64,000 nt of DNA from Candidatus Dojkabacteria bacterium (lineage in GTDB: Bacteria > Patescibacteriota > Dojkabacteria > JAHIVN01): contig JAFGDO010000023.1 of the NCBI GenBank assembly GCA_016932045.1, positions 42,337 through 106,336 on the forward strand, in the 5' to 3' direction. The notes beneath the pieces are model-generated. The model worked only from the letters and a program-made list of their open reading frames with translations. It ran no database searches and had not been told where the DNA came from. Below are positions 29,604-39,934 of this stretch, one piece after another; the first letter of the stretch is position 1; every line of letters starts with the position of its first letter. A program made the position numbers and the translations under genes.

Positions 29604-29767
29604 TAATTGCCGTAGTTTAAACATAACTCAGGGCACGAATTTCATACAAGTAGATGGTAAAATTTTAATCAATAGGACTATTTCGAAATAATTGCTATTT
29701 GCGAAAACTTTTTCTTATTGTATAATAAACTCATACTTCAATTTATCTTAAAAATCTGCTCAATTCC

Positions 29768-30433
29768 ATGAAGAAAGTTGGGTTGTGTCTAATTCTATGC
29801 ATTATTGCTATTGTCGCAGCTATATTTGTTCCCTGGGAAAATGTTGGGAACATCAAAGATCGTCTTTTGGGAACAAGTCGAAGTGTTGCTTCCTTAAAAG
29901 TTTATTCTTTAGGAGGTAATATGAAAGTAATACTTGATGGAGAAGAAAAAGGTACTGTAAGAAGTGAGGATCCTTACTTAGAGATATTTCCAGTTGAGGT
30001 CGGTAATCACACTGTTGAGCTTGAACGCGAGTCTGAGGCTGGGGGATTTTACGTTGATTTTAAGCGCGAAATACGATTTGAGAAAGGTTTTGATACTGTG
30101 ATTAGTTGGGAGATTGGTCCAACCGAAGATTCTTCTTCTGGATGGATTTTATATGCTCAGAAGACAACAGGAGAGGATGGTAAAATACTCGTCAACCTAA
30201 CATGTGATCCTGGAAATTGTGAAGTACAAATAGATGATCAAGAAAAACGCCAGGCTCCATTATCAGATCAAGAATTATCAATAGATAGCCAGCACACGAT
30301 CAAGGCTAGTAGATATGGGTATCAGGATCTGGAATTCCAGGTTCTCCCTGAGGAGGATTCGGCAAGAGCGCAGCTTGCCGGTTATGTTTTATTCCTAGAA
30401 GTGAATCTATACAAGATACCTGTGTACAATTAA
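29768..30433 (+). CDS. Membrane-anchored PEGA-like domain protein
   Basis: N-terminal TM; V.LDG..KG, G.HTV.L and HTIKASRYGY beta-sandwich motifs. Confidence 0.65.
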   Translation: MKKVGLCLILCIIAIVAAIFVPWENVGNIKDRLLGTSRSVASLKVYSLGGNMKVILDGEEKGTVRSEDPYLEIFPVEVGNHTVELERESEAGGFYVDFKREIRFEKGFDTVISWEIGPTEDSSSGWILYAQKTTGEDGKILVNLTCDPGNCEVQIDDQEKRQAPLSDQELSIDSQHTIKASRYGYQDLEFQVLPEEDSARAQLAGYVLFLEVNLYKIPVYN

Positions 30434-30472
30434 CCGATTTGATAATTCAAAAAGGTTTTTTAGTTTAACTGA

Positions 30473-33400
30473 TTGCGTTTGATACTAATGCCTATTTTAG
30501 AGAAACTTACAAAGCATAAAAATGCTCCTGTCACGTTGATTTTTAAGGGGGCAAACGTTCTAGGTATTGAGGTTGCGAAGCTCCTTATAGAACAAGGAGC
30601 TTTCGTTGTGCTTATTGATGAATATACGCAGCAGAAGAAGAACATGGCTAGTAGTGTATTAAATGAAGAATTATTTAGCTTTGTTGATATTTCTGGTATC
30701 AGTTCACTTGTCGAAACAGTTGAACATGTCGATTATATATTTTTCCTGAATCATGAAAATTATGACTCGAAAGAGAATATATCAACCTCGGAATTTTTGG
30801 ATAAATCGAATACGCTTGACAGATTGCTTCAGTTGGCCACGGAAAAGAAGAGTAAGTTTCTGTTAACTTCGTCAATAAAACTGCATCAAATAATTCAAGG
30901 TAAAAAAGATGTTGTCTCAGATTTTGATTTAGATGATGACAGCTTAAGCTATACAAATCTTGAAGTTCAAAGATACGCAGAAAACCTGACATGGGAGTAT
31001 TATAAAAGAGGTGGTCTTAATGCCCGAATTGTAAGAATAGGAGAAATTCTTGGGGAGGGTATAGATTTTAATAAGGATGCCTTGGTTGTGAGATATATAA
31101 AGGACGCAATTTCAGGGCAAAAATTGTCAGTAGAGGGAGACGGTCTTGAGAATTTGTATTTTGTGCATGTTTTAGATGCAGCATATGGGCTGATAAAAGC
31201 ACAGTTTACCGAAAAAACATCTGGGCAGGTTTATTCCCTTGTGATTCCTCGTGATATCACTATCTTGAATCTTGCCTATAAAATACTTGATCTCGAACCT
31301 AGGGCAGGTGGGATAGATTTCATAGACCAGAAAGAGAAGGATGAGTTACATGTGTATAAACCGGCAAAGAACTTGAAAAGTATTGGCTGGAAACCAAAGG
31401 TTTCTTTTGAAAGAGCTTTAGCATCGACTATTGATTATGCTTACAAAGTATTAGGGAAAAAGAAGGCTCCGGTTCAAGAGACTCAGGCTCGTGTTCAGCC
31501 GCCAGTTCCCCCTAAACAGGATATAAAAAAGGATGAGGAGGGGAAAGAAAAGAAGAAAAGAAAATCACTTAAAGACTTTTTCGTTAATTTCTTTTTTGAA
31601 GTCAAGGAAGAGAAAAAAGCTCGTTCAGTTCTAGATAGTGTCCAATATAAACCAACACAAAAGCCTCAAACAGAGAAACCAGAAAAAGGTAAAATAGCAG
31701 AAAGGGTATCTCTTAGTCAAAAGAAAGAGATAAGAAAAGCGGAACCAAAAAGCAATAAGTTGAAATCTTTTGCACTTAAATTCACCGGATTGTTTAGTAA
31801 TCTTAGGAACACGGTTAGGACTTTTACACTTGCTCAGTTCTTTGGATATTTTACTGCTGCGATTATAGTACTCCTATTATATTTCGCATTTTTTGTTCCT
31901 GTCTCAAAAATAGTTTATAAGGGATCAGTGGCCTTTCTATATACAAACTCTGCAGCTAAAGCCATGGGAAATTGGCAGTTTTCAAAGGCAAGTAGTGATT
32001 TGGAATCTGCAAACCTTGCCTTGACAGAGGTAAACTCTAATCTTGATAAGTTATCATTTCTTGCAAGTATAAAACAATTTGATAGTTTAGGAAGACTTCA
32101 AAACAAAGTGTCTGAATCCTCAAGGGTACTGACTGCTGCTCAAATGCTTACAGAGTCAGCTGGACCTTTTGAGAGCTATCTAAATGAGTATCAGTCAAAT
32201 GTGTTGCTCGACGGAAAGGAAGATTTGAAAGTACAACCTGGAAACATATATGAGTTGGACGGCCTTTTAGACGTTGATGTTGCAAGGTGGGGTCAAATGT
32301 TGGAAGGTGCCGATACTGTATTTGATGAGTCAGAATTTAATCTGACACTAATCGGGGGTCGCATAAAAGGATTTCAGGAGGCTTTGACCTCGATAAAGCA
32401 GACGAGTGATGTAACCCTTGATCTTGTAAGTGTTATGCCGACTTTACTTGGTGTAGAAGATGAACAAACATTCGCTGTTTTACTAGTGAATGAGGAAAAG
32501 ATGAACACAAGGGGTGGAGAGATTGAGGCTGTTTGTGTATTTTCATACTTTAAAGGGCAGCTTTCTAATACTCGCATTTATGGAAGTTCAGATATAAATC
32601 TTAAACTTACATCTCAACAAGAGAGATTTGTTAGAAATGATCTTAAAGCATTATATCCTGAGGATGGGTTAACTTTTAGAGAACTGACTATTATATTTGA
32701 TGATGGAACTTTCGAATCACTTATAAAGTCCTCAATCGAAACTATCTATGAGGAGAGTCCCGATCATATTGTTACTTTAAACTTTGAAGCCCTAGGAGAT
32801 CTTATATCACTTATAGGGGGTGTTGAACTTGAAGGTTTAGGCATCGTAAATTCTTCAAACTATGAGGAGAGTATTCAAAAGTCTGATATTTCATACAGAG
32901 AACTAATGGCGAAGATTTTTGAAAGAGTTTTTCAGTATAAAAAAGAAGATTTATTAGCTTTCGGTACGCTTATAGGGAACCATATAAAATCATCAAATAT
33001 GGTTCTTTATTCTCAGAGTTCAATACTAGATAAGTTTCTAGCAGATAAAGGAATTACAAAAACTCCCCCAATGGACTCATATGATTGGTTTAGTGTTCAT
33101 GCTGTAACTGATTCACAGAATATGCCGAGTATCAAAGTCGAGACAAGAATTGAATTAAAAGATGCGGATAGTGAAGCAGAGCACAAGCTAAGTTTTGAGA
33201 AAAATATAGAAGGAGACTTTCTTGGAACTGTCATCCTTGAATTTGGACCTGATTTTGACATCTCTGAAATTACTACATCATCAGATAAGGTTCAAGTGTT
33301 ACAAGAATATAGAAATAAAGTATTCCTACAGCTAAACCTTGTAAAAGATGATAAAGAAAATGCAGTTGTCAAGGGGAAAAGTACTGGAGTTGTAATCCAA

Positions 33401-33601
33401 AAAGAGAATGAGTATAATTACTTCTTGCAACTAGAGAAACCGGCAGGTTTTTTTTACTATTATGATATTCTGCTAGACTACGGGAAGGATTATCAATTGA
33501 TGTCTGTATCTCCGGAAAGTGTAACTGTTGATTCAGCGGTGAAGATACTAGGCAGTATAAATGAAGATATGCTATGGAGACTAAATCTTTCTCAACCATA
33601 G
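30473..33601 (+). CDS. NAD-dependent epimerase-like domain, TM segment and DUF4012-like extracellular domain fusion
   Basis: ARIVRIGEILG, GDG, VHVLDAA..L, GWKPKVSF in the N-terminal part; single TM; FAVLLVNEEKMNTRGG resembles the DUF4012 motif. Confidence 0.7.
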   Translation: MRLILMPILEKLTKHKNAPVTLIFKGANVLGIEVAKLLIEQGAFVVLIDEYTQQKKNMASSVLNEELFSFVDISGISSLVETVEHVDYIFFLNHENYDSKENISTSEFLDKSNTLDRLLQLATEKKSKFLLTSSIKLHQIIQGKKDVVSDFDLDDDSLSYTNLEVQRYAENLTWEYYKRGGLNARIVRIGEILGEGIDFNKDALVVRYIKDAISGQKLSVEGDGLENLYFVHVLDAAYGLIKAQFTEKTSGQVYSLVIPRDITILNLAYKILDLEPRAGGIDFIDQKEKDELHVYKPAKNLKSIGWKPKVSFERALASTIDYAYKVLGKKKAPVQETQARVQPPVPPKQDIKKDEEGKEKKKRKSLKDFFVNFFFEVKEEKKARSVLDSVQYKPTQKPQTEKPEKGKIAERVSLSQKKEIRKAEPKSNKLKSFALKFTGLFSNLRNTVRTFTLAQFFGYFTAAIIVLLLYFAFFVPVSKIVYKGSVAFLYTNSAAKAMGNWQFSKASSDLESANLALTEVNSNLDKLSFLASIKQFDSLGRLQNKVSESSRVLTAAQMLTESAGPFESYLNEYQSNVLLDGKEDLKVQPGNIYELDGLLDVDVARWGQMLEGADTVFDESEFNLTLIGGRIKGFQEALTSIKQTSDVTLDLVSVMPTLLGVEDEQTFAVLLVNEEKMNTRGGEIEAVCVFSYFKGQLSNTRIYGSSDINLKLTSQQERFVRNDLKALYPEDGLTFRELTIIFDDGTFESLIKSSIETIYEESPDHIVTLNFEALGDLISLIGGVELEGLGIVNSSNYEESIQKSDISYRELMAKIFERVFQYKKEDLLAFGTLIGNHIKSSNMVLYSQSSILDKFLADKGITKTPPMDSYDWFSVHAVTDSQNMPSIKVETRIELKDADSEAEHKLSFEKNIEGDFLGTVILEFGPDFDISEITTSSDKVQVLQEYRNKVFLQLNLVKDDKENAVVKGKSTGVVIQKENEYNYFLQLEKPAGFFYYYDILLDYGKDYQLMSVSPESVTVDSAVKILGSINEDMLWRLNLSQP

Positions 33602-33644
33602 AGTTTAAATTGATTAATGAAATATTCTTTTATTATTCTAATTT

Positions 33645-34121
33645 ATGAGTGGTAAAAAACTAATAACAAAAAGGGGATTGAAAAAACTTGAGGATGAACT
33701 CAAAATGCGTACTGATAAAATGCGCGATGAAATTGCTGACAGACTGGATGAAGCAAAAGCGATTGGAGATCTTTCTGAGAATTCGGCATATCATGCTGCT
33801 TTGGAGGAATATCAGTTTAATGAGGCCAGAATAAATGAACTTAAGGATTTGATAAGTAAGATTGAGGTTGCTCCTGACGAAAGTCGCGATACTGATATTG
33901 ACATTGGTGATACAGTCAAGGTTAAGGATTTAAGTACTGGGAGGATCATAACGTATGATATTGTTGGTCTGGGAGAAGGAGACCCTCTAAAGGGACAGGT
34001 AAGTTCTGATTCAGCTGTAGGTGGAGCCATAATTGGAAAGAAGGTAGGAGATAAGGTAAAGGTAAGTCTTCCGCGTGGAGAGCAAGAACTCGAAATAATT
34101 AAGATAGGTCAGTCAGTTTGA
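33645..34121 (+). CDS. greA: Transcription elongation factor GreA
   Basis: GDLSENSAY, S..S.VG.AIIGK. Confidence 0.96.
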   Translation: MSGKKLITKRGLKKLEDELKMRTDKMRDEIADRLDEAKAIGDLSENSAYHAALEEYQFNEARINELKDLISKIEVAPDESRDTDIDIGDTVKVKDLSTGRIITYDIVGLGEGDPLKGQVSSDSAVGGAIIGKKVGDKVKVSLPRGEQELEIIKIGQSV

Positions 34122-34134
34122 TTCCCTCCTTTTA

Positions 34135-34452
34135 TAAAACCTCTACATTCCTAGCAGCCTAAAGTTTTATTCTTTATACAACACTTTTTTATCTTGCAAA
34201 AGGATGGCCGTTCCCTTCTCTATATGCTTTCCCGCATTGCATTTTTACTAGTAAGCTTAATACTTTATAGCATTGTTCATAATTTTTAAACTTTCTGAAA
34301 AAGAAGATTTTAGATAAAAATTATGCATTTCTATCAAATTCGCTACCGCGACACTCTTTTCTAGGATCTCTAGTCATATCAGCTGTTTGTCCTGAATAAT
34401 TGGGACAATCTTTGCAGCACAAGCCGCAGTATGCAGTCATATTTTTACTCAT
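34135..34452 (-). pseudogene. DUF3795-like Cys-rich protein pseudogene
   Basis: MSKNMTAYCGLCCKDCP...; in-frame TAA at 34321-34323, a frameshift near 34195, and TAG replacing Trp in GC*EC at 34151-34153. Confidence 0.7.
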
Positions 34453-34778
34453 TTTATAACAATTTCAAAATTAATTATTATTATTAACACTATTATGTTT
34501 TTAGTTTAAAAAAGTTGTACCTTTTGTACTTTAATAATAGTTTTTCTTGCTATAGATAATAGTATGGTATACTTCCAAAAAATGATTATCCATGTTAAAC
34601 TATAAAAATAATAGCAAGATATAATAAACAGTGCTAATTTATAATTTGTGAAATTGAATAGTTAAAGCAAGGATTTTTTAGCTTACAAGGTATTCAATTT
34701 CTTCACAACTTCATTAAGTAATAATGCTAAAAGGCATGGCGCTTGCGAAGCAAGCTTAATTTGAAGTCCTTATGTAAA

Positions 34779-36473
34779 ATGAAGCAACACGCAGTTCCAG
34801 AAAATATAATGGACGTGGAGTTTAAGCTATTTGGTAGTCTAACGGCTAAACAGTTTGGTTATATTATTGGTGGTGGGTGTATAGCTTTGCTTATGTACTA
34901 TACATTTAAGACTCTTAACTCTACCCTATTAGGATGGATCTTTGCTTTTTTGTGTGTAATCCTGGGGTTATCTCTTGCACTTATAAGAGTAAATGATCAG
35001 CCGTTTGAAGTTTGGCTGGGCAATTTTCTCTCAGCTATGTTTTCGTCTCAAAAAAGAGTATGGAAAAAGGGGAAAAAAACACCAGAAGTTCTTACTCAAC
35101 AAGGAGTTGAACAGAAGAAAGAGATTGTTCGTGCACAACAGTCAGCTCCTCTGCAGGTAGCTACTCAAGCACAGCAGGAAAAGAAGATTCTTCCCCCAAA
35201 ACCTTCACTACAGCCGGGTCCTAGTATACCTGAGCATCCTTTTAAAGATATTCAGACAGAAAATCAACAAAAGCAGGTTATACAAGCTCCAGGAAAAGTG
35301 CAGGCAGGTGGTGTTGCGCCACGCGGGCCGGTTGTACAGTCGCAACTTGCTGGAACAGCCGTTCAGGGCGATACATACTATATACCAGGGAGTGCCCAAA
35401 AATATATAAAAATGTCTACTAATCAGTCTCCTAACCGTCCCTTGACAGTATCAACTCAATCGGGGACTTTAGATCAGAGAATAAAATCAGATATGATACA
35501 ACCACAGAAAGTTCAAACACAGAAGTCCGATCAAGTCCAACAAACACCTTCTACTCTTTTAAATGAAGGTAATGGGGTGAGTGCAACTACAAGTTCTCCT
35601 CCACCGCATGACGAACCAGCAGAAAACGTTGGAAATAAGCAGGAACCTAAAAGCGACACGCAAGCTGTATCAGCCGCTCCTGTTGTAAGTCAGCAATCAG
35701 GACAGGTTGGTACTGGAAATGTCTCGGATCAGACACAACAAGCTTCCATCGAGGGGGCAGCGCCAGTACTGCAACAACCAGTACAAGCTCCACAGGTTGC
35801 TCAAACAAATGAGGGGAAAACGTATACGAACAAAGGGTTACAATATGGTGATCTGATTCCCGAAAAAGGTGAATCTACAACAGATCATGCAAATGATGAT
35901 AGTTCAGGTGCTATATCTTCTGATGATCAGCTTGCAGAGGAGAATAAAGCTTTAAGGCAAAAGGTGGCTGAATATTCTGAGGAAAAAGCAAAGTTAGAGG
36001 AAGCACTTACTCAGACTAAGAGGATGCACGATGAGTTACAGAGTCAAAATCTAGGTTTAAGTGAGAAGCTAGGAGGTCTTCAAAGGGAGCTAGAGGCACT
36101 TAAGGTTAAGGAAGAGGAGCCTAAGCCGGCAGCACCGACGAAGCAAATTCCGAAAGAACAAGAGGATAGTGGACTTATGTCGCCAGGTGTTTATAGCGGC
36201 CCGTCACTTAGTAAAAAACCTAATGTCATTAGCGGAATAGTAAAGACTAAAGATGGAAAGCTATTGCCGGGTGTTATAGTGATAGTGAAAAATGATAAGG
36301 GTCGACCTGTACGCGCTATGAAGACAAATAGTCTTGGTCAATTTGTGACGACGACAGCACTAGATAATGGAGTTTATCTTTTAGAACTTGCAAGGGATAG
36401 CTACTCTTTTGCGCGTTATGAGATACGTCTGACAGGTGACTTGTTGCCGACATATGAAATTGAGTCGTCTTGA
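34779..36473 (+). CDS. PrgI-family membrane protein with Q/P-rich linker, coiled coil and C-terminal carboxypeptidase-regulatory-like domain
   Basis: MKQHAVPENIMDVEFKLFGSLTAKQF N-terminus, two TMs, KPNVISGIV...RAMKTNSLGQF. Confidence 0.8.
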   Translation: MKQHAVPENIMDVEFKLFGSLTAKQFGYIIGGGCIALLMYYTFKTLNSTLLGWIFAFLCVILGLSLALIRVNDQPFEVWLGNFLSAMFSSQKRVWKKGKKTPEVLTQQGVEQKKEIVRAQQSAPLQVATQAQQEKKILPPKPSLQPGPSIPEHPFKDIQTENQQKQVIQAPGKVQAGGVAPRGPVVQSQLAGTAVQGDTYYIPGSAQKYIKMSTNQSPNRPLTVSTQSGTLDQRIKSDMIQPQKVQTQKSDQVQQTPSTLLNEGNGVSATTSSPPPHDEPAENVGNKQEPKSDTQAVSAAPVVSQQSGQVGTGNVSDQTQQASIEGAAPVLQQPVQAPQVAQTNEGKTYTNKGLQYGDLIPEKGESTTDHANDDSSGAISSDDQLAEENKALRQKVAEYSEEKAKLEEALTQTKRMHDELQSQNLGLSEKLGGLQRELEALKVKEEEPKPAAPTKQIPKEQEDSGLMSPGVYSGPSLSKKPNVISGIVKTKDGKLLPGVIVIVKNDKGRPVRAMKTNSLGQFVTTTALDNGVYLLELARDSYSFARYEIRLTGDLLPTYEIESS

Positions 36474-36517
36474 TGTAATTTTCTTTAATTTTATTATTTT
36501 AATCTTTTATTTATATT

Positions 36518-37204
36518 ATGGCTCTTTTGCCGAAGGGGATACCCTCGACACAACAACATCTTGATATTGCTGAGATAAAGAATGATCTTGTGGTCCTTAA
36601 AAATGGTGTTGTAGCACTTGTGTTAGAAACCACATCCCTGAACTTTGATTTGTTATCAGAACGGGAGCAGGACACAAAGATTCTTGCTTTTGCTGGGCTT
36701 CTGAATTCACTTTCATTTCATGTTCAGATCGTAATCCGCACTCATAGGACAGATTTAAGTGACTATGTTGAGCTTCTAGAAAACCAAAAAAATAGACAAA
36801 TTTCTAATGGACTTCGCAATCAAATGGGAATTTATATTGAATTCATAAAAAACCTGACAGTTACAAATGAAGTTCTTGAGAAGCGATTCTTTATAATTAT
36901 CCCTAGTAGTAGTGGAATTTCACTAAAGCCGGGAATATTTAAAAAGTTATTTGGGAGCAAGGAAGATGTGGTCAATGTTGATGAAGCTATAGATAGAGCG
37001 ACAACAAAGTTGTATCCAAGAAGGGATCACATCATCAAACAGTTGAAAAGGATGAGCTTGTTTGCACGACAACTTTCCTCTTCGGAGCTAGTAAAGTTGT
37101 ATTATGGTGTATATAACCCCGAGCGAGGTGGGATCGAAAAACTACAGCTAACTAGAACTGATGTTGATGCTCCTGTTGTAGGAGCAAAGACACAGGAGAG
37201 TTAG
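36518..37204 (+). CDS. Conserved VirB4-associated protein (TraC N-terminal-like)
   Basis: STQQHLDIAEI, LNFDLLSE.EQ, LNSL.F.VQI; precedes the VirB4-like ATPase. Confidence 0.7.
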   Translation: MALLPKGIPSTQQHLDIAEIKNDLVVLKNGVVALVLETTSLNFDLLSEREQDTKILAFAGLLNSLSFHVQIVIRTHRTDLSDYVELLENQKNRQISNGLRNQMGIYIEFIKNLTVTNEVLEKRFFIIIPSSSGISLKPGIFKKLFGSKEDVVNVDEAIDRATTKLYPRRDHIIKQLKRMSLFARQLSSSELVKLYYGVYNPERGGIEKLQLTRTDVDAPVVGAKTQES

Positions 37205-37239
37205 TGTGTTAGAAATTATTAAATGAAACGCACAGAAAG

Positions 37240-37773
37240 ATGGAGGATACAAAGTTACATTATATTGTGGTTACGGGAATTATTATTAAGGATGAAAAAT
37301 TCCTTATTGCTCGAAGAAGTTTAAAAGAAGCAGCTTTTCCAGGCTTGTGGACAGTACCTGGGGGGAAATTACGTACCGATGATTATACTACTTCAAAAAA
37401 GGATACGTCAGATAGCTGGTACAATGTTCTTGAAAAATTATTACAAAGAGAAATAAAGGAGGAAGTGGGGGTAAATGTAAAAGATATAAGATACCTTTTG
37501 AGCTTGACGTATATTCGCTCAGATGGGAAGCCGACCTTGATATTGAGCTTTTATTGTTATTATGATTCGGGGAGTATTCAGTTATCGAAGGAATTAACGG
37601 AATATAAGTGGGTAGATAGAAATGGTCTGGAGAACTATGCGTTAGTGCCGGGGCTTAGAGAAGAGATAGAGATGGTAGATGATATACTCAAAGGAGGCGG
37701 AGTTGAAAGCTGGAGCGGACAATATGATAGTTGCGATGATGAGAGTGTTCGAGATGGGGAATCAAAGAAATAA
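37240..37773 (+). CDS. NUDIX hydrolase
   Basis: WTVPGGK ... REIKEEVG Nudix box with an insertion. Confidence 0.85.
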   Translation: MEDTKLHYIVVTGIIIKDEKFLIARRSLKEAAFPGLWTVPGGKLRTDDYTTSKKDTSDSWYNVLEKLLQREIKEEVGVNVKDIRYLLSLTYIRSDGKPTLILSFYCYYDSGSIQLSKELTEYKWVDRNGLENYALVPGLREEIEMVDDILKGGGVESWSGQYDSCDDESVRDGESKK

Positions 37774-37855
37774 ATGGGCAATCAAGATATTTTTATAATC
37801 TATTTGTAATCAATTAAATAGAGTTTAAGTTACTTTTTTATTTCAATGTTTATTT

Positions 37856-39883
37856 ATGGCCAATTTACTTTCATTTCTGAAGAAAAAAGATAAAAAGGAT
37901 GTTGCTAGTGCTCAAACCCAAACTCAAGCAGGCGGTCAGCTTGAAGGACAGATAACTTCATCAATTCCTGGTCAAGTTATGCCAACAAGTACTGTTGGCA
38001 CGAGCAGGTATTTAAAGACAAGTACAGAACAAAAAGAGCTTACTAAAGCTTATCAACAGAAAGGACAATTCTTAGCAAGATCCGGTGTAGATATAAAAGA
38101 TGAGGATGAGGCAGTGAATAAATTTGTCGGAGGGATGCTGGATGTGAAGGATATTATCGCGCCTCCAGCTATAGAGGTAGATTTTAATCATATTCTTGTA
38201 GGAACGAAGTATTTTCGAACCCTTTTTTCTTCGGGTTATCCTAAATTTGTGGGTGCAAACTGGTTGTCACCTTTGATAAATTTCGAATTCCCTGTTGATA
38301 TAAGCACCTTTTATTATCCTGTTGATTCCAGGCTTGTAATGCAGAGGTTAAAAAGAAAAATTGGAGAGATGGAAGCGACTATAAATATAGATCTGGAAGC
38401 AGGTAAAGTGGTTGATCCAAGGGTTAAGGTTGCGCTTGCAGATGCTAAAGAACTTCAGGAGTCTCTGGCGAAAGGTACTGAAAAATTTTTTCATTTCGCA
38501 CTATATGTAACTATTAACGCATCCTCTCTTGCCGAATTGGAGAAGACCTATAAGAATCTTGAACAGTCTCTGGGAGCAATAGGAGTTGTTATTAAACCAG
38601 CAACTTTGCAGCAAGAGCAAGGCTATCAAAGTGTAGTGCCGGTGGGACTGGATAAACTGTATTATACGAGGAATATGGATACTACCTCACTAGCCACTAC
38701 ATTCCCGTTTGTCAGTTCGAATCTCACTATGAACAGGGGAGTTTTGTATGGTGTAAACAAGCATAATAAGAGTCTGGTGATCTTTGATAGATTTGAGCTT
38801 GAAAATGCCAATGCTGTGATTTTTGCGACATCAGGAGCTGGAAAGAGTTACCTTGTCAAGCTTGAGGCTTTAAGAGGTCTTATGTTTGGCATAGAAAGTA
38901 TTATTATCGATCCTGAAAAAGAGTATCAAAAGTTATGTAGAACAATAGGAGGCGAATACATATCCTTTGCACAAGATGGTGATAAGAAGCTAAACCCTTT
39001 CGAACTTTCAGGTATTCAAGAGGAGGGTGAAGATGAATTGAGAATGAAAATACAATCTCTTCACGGCCTTTTAAAGATAATGCTTGGAGGACAGGTAACT
39101 CCACAGGAGAGTGCTGTCCTAGATAGGGCTCTAATTCTGACCTATAAAGAGAAAGGGATAAGTCCTGATATCGTAACCCATAAAAACCAGCCTCCTTTGA
39201 TGGAAGATTTATACAAAGTGCTCCAAGCGATGGCTGAGCCGGAAGCCCATTCTATAGCTATACGGTTGGAAAAGTATATAAGAGGAAGTGCAGCAGGTAT
39301 TTTTGATCGACAAAGTACAGTTGACATTCGAAATACTTTTACTGTTTTTAGCATAAGAGAATTAAGTGATGACCTTCGCCCTATAGCTATGTATATGATG
39401 CTTGATTTTATTTGGAACAAAGTAAAAACAGATAGACGCAAAAGGCTTCTCATAATTGACGAAGCTTGGTGGATGATGCAGTTTGAAGACGCAGCCAAAT
39501 TTATACATTCTATTGCAAAAAGAGCAAGAAAGTATTGGTTAGGTCTGACAACCATTACTCAAGATGTTGAAGATTTTCTGGAAACTGATTATGGTAAGGC
39601 AATCATTACAAACTCGGCTATTCAAATTCTTCTAAAACAGAGCCCTGCTGCTGTTGATAGAATCCAAAAGGTATTTTATTTATCTGACGGAGAAAAGAAC
39701 TTTTTACTTTCTTCGGGAATTGGAGAAGGTATATTTTTTGCAGGACCAAGTCACGTTGCTATTCAGGTAATTGCTTCGGAAAATGAGCATCAGTTAATTA
39801 CTGCTCATCCTGAAGAACTGGCAAAACAAGCTCGTGAAGAGCAAGAGAGGGAAAGACAATTAAGAGAAAGTCAGGGCGGGTGA
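37856..39883 (+). CDS. VirB4/TraC-like ATPase
   Basis: Walker A ATSGAGKS, IIDPEKEY, Walker B LLIIDEAW, RARKY, ITQ. Confidence 0.9.
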   Translation: MANLLSFLKKKDKKDVASAQTQTQAGGQLEGQITSSIPGQVMPTSTVGTSRYLKTSTEQKELTKAYQQKGQFLARSGVDIKDEDEAVNKFVGGMLDVKDIIAPPAIEVDFNHILVGTKYFRTLFSSGYPKFVGANWLSPLINFEFPVDISTFYYPVDSRLVMQRLKRKIGEMEATINIDLEAGKVVDPRVKVALADAKELQESLAKGTEKFFHFALYVTINASSLAELEKTYKNLEQSLGAIGVVIKPATLQQEQGYQSVVPVGLDKLYYTRNMDTTSLATTFPFVSSNLTMNRGVLYGVNKHNKSLVIFDRFELENANAVIFATSGAGKSYLVKLEALRGLMFGIESIIIDPEKEYQKLCRTIGGEYISFAQDGDKKLNPFELSGIQEEGEDELRMKIQSLHGLLKIMLGGQVTPQESAVLDRALILTYKEKGISPDIVTHKNQPPLMEDLYKVLQAMAEPEAHSIAIRLEKYIRGSAAGIFDRQSTVDIRNTFTVFSIRELSDDLRPIAMYMMLDFIWNKVKTDRRKRLLIIDEAWWMMQFEDAAKFIHSIAKRARKYWLGLTTITQDVEDFLETDYGKAIITNSAIQILLKQSPAAVDRIQKVFYLSDGEKNFLLSSGIGEGIFFAGPSHVAIQVIASENEHQLITAHPEELAKQAREEQERERQLRESQGG

Positions 39884-39934
39884 CGAACTTATCATTAAGG
39901 CCCACGTAATTCTTAACTAAATAAGATTAATCTA

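Noticed and set aside
34779-39883. Integrative conjugative element
   Set aside because: No integrase, relaxase or att-like repeats seen, and the flanks are housekeeping genes
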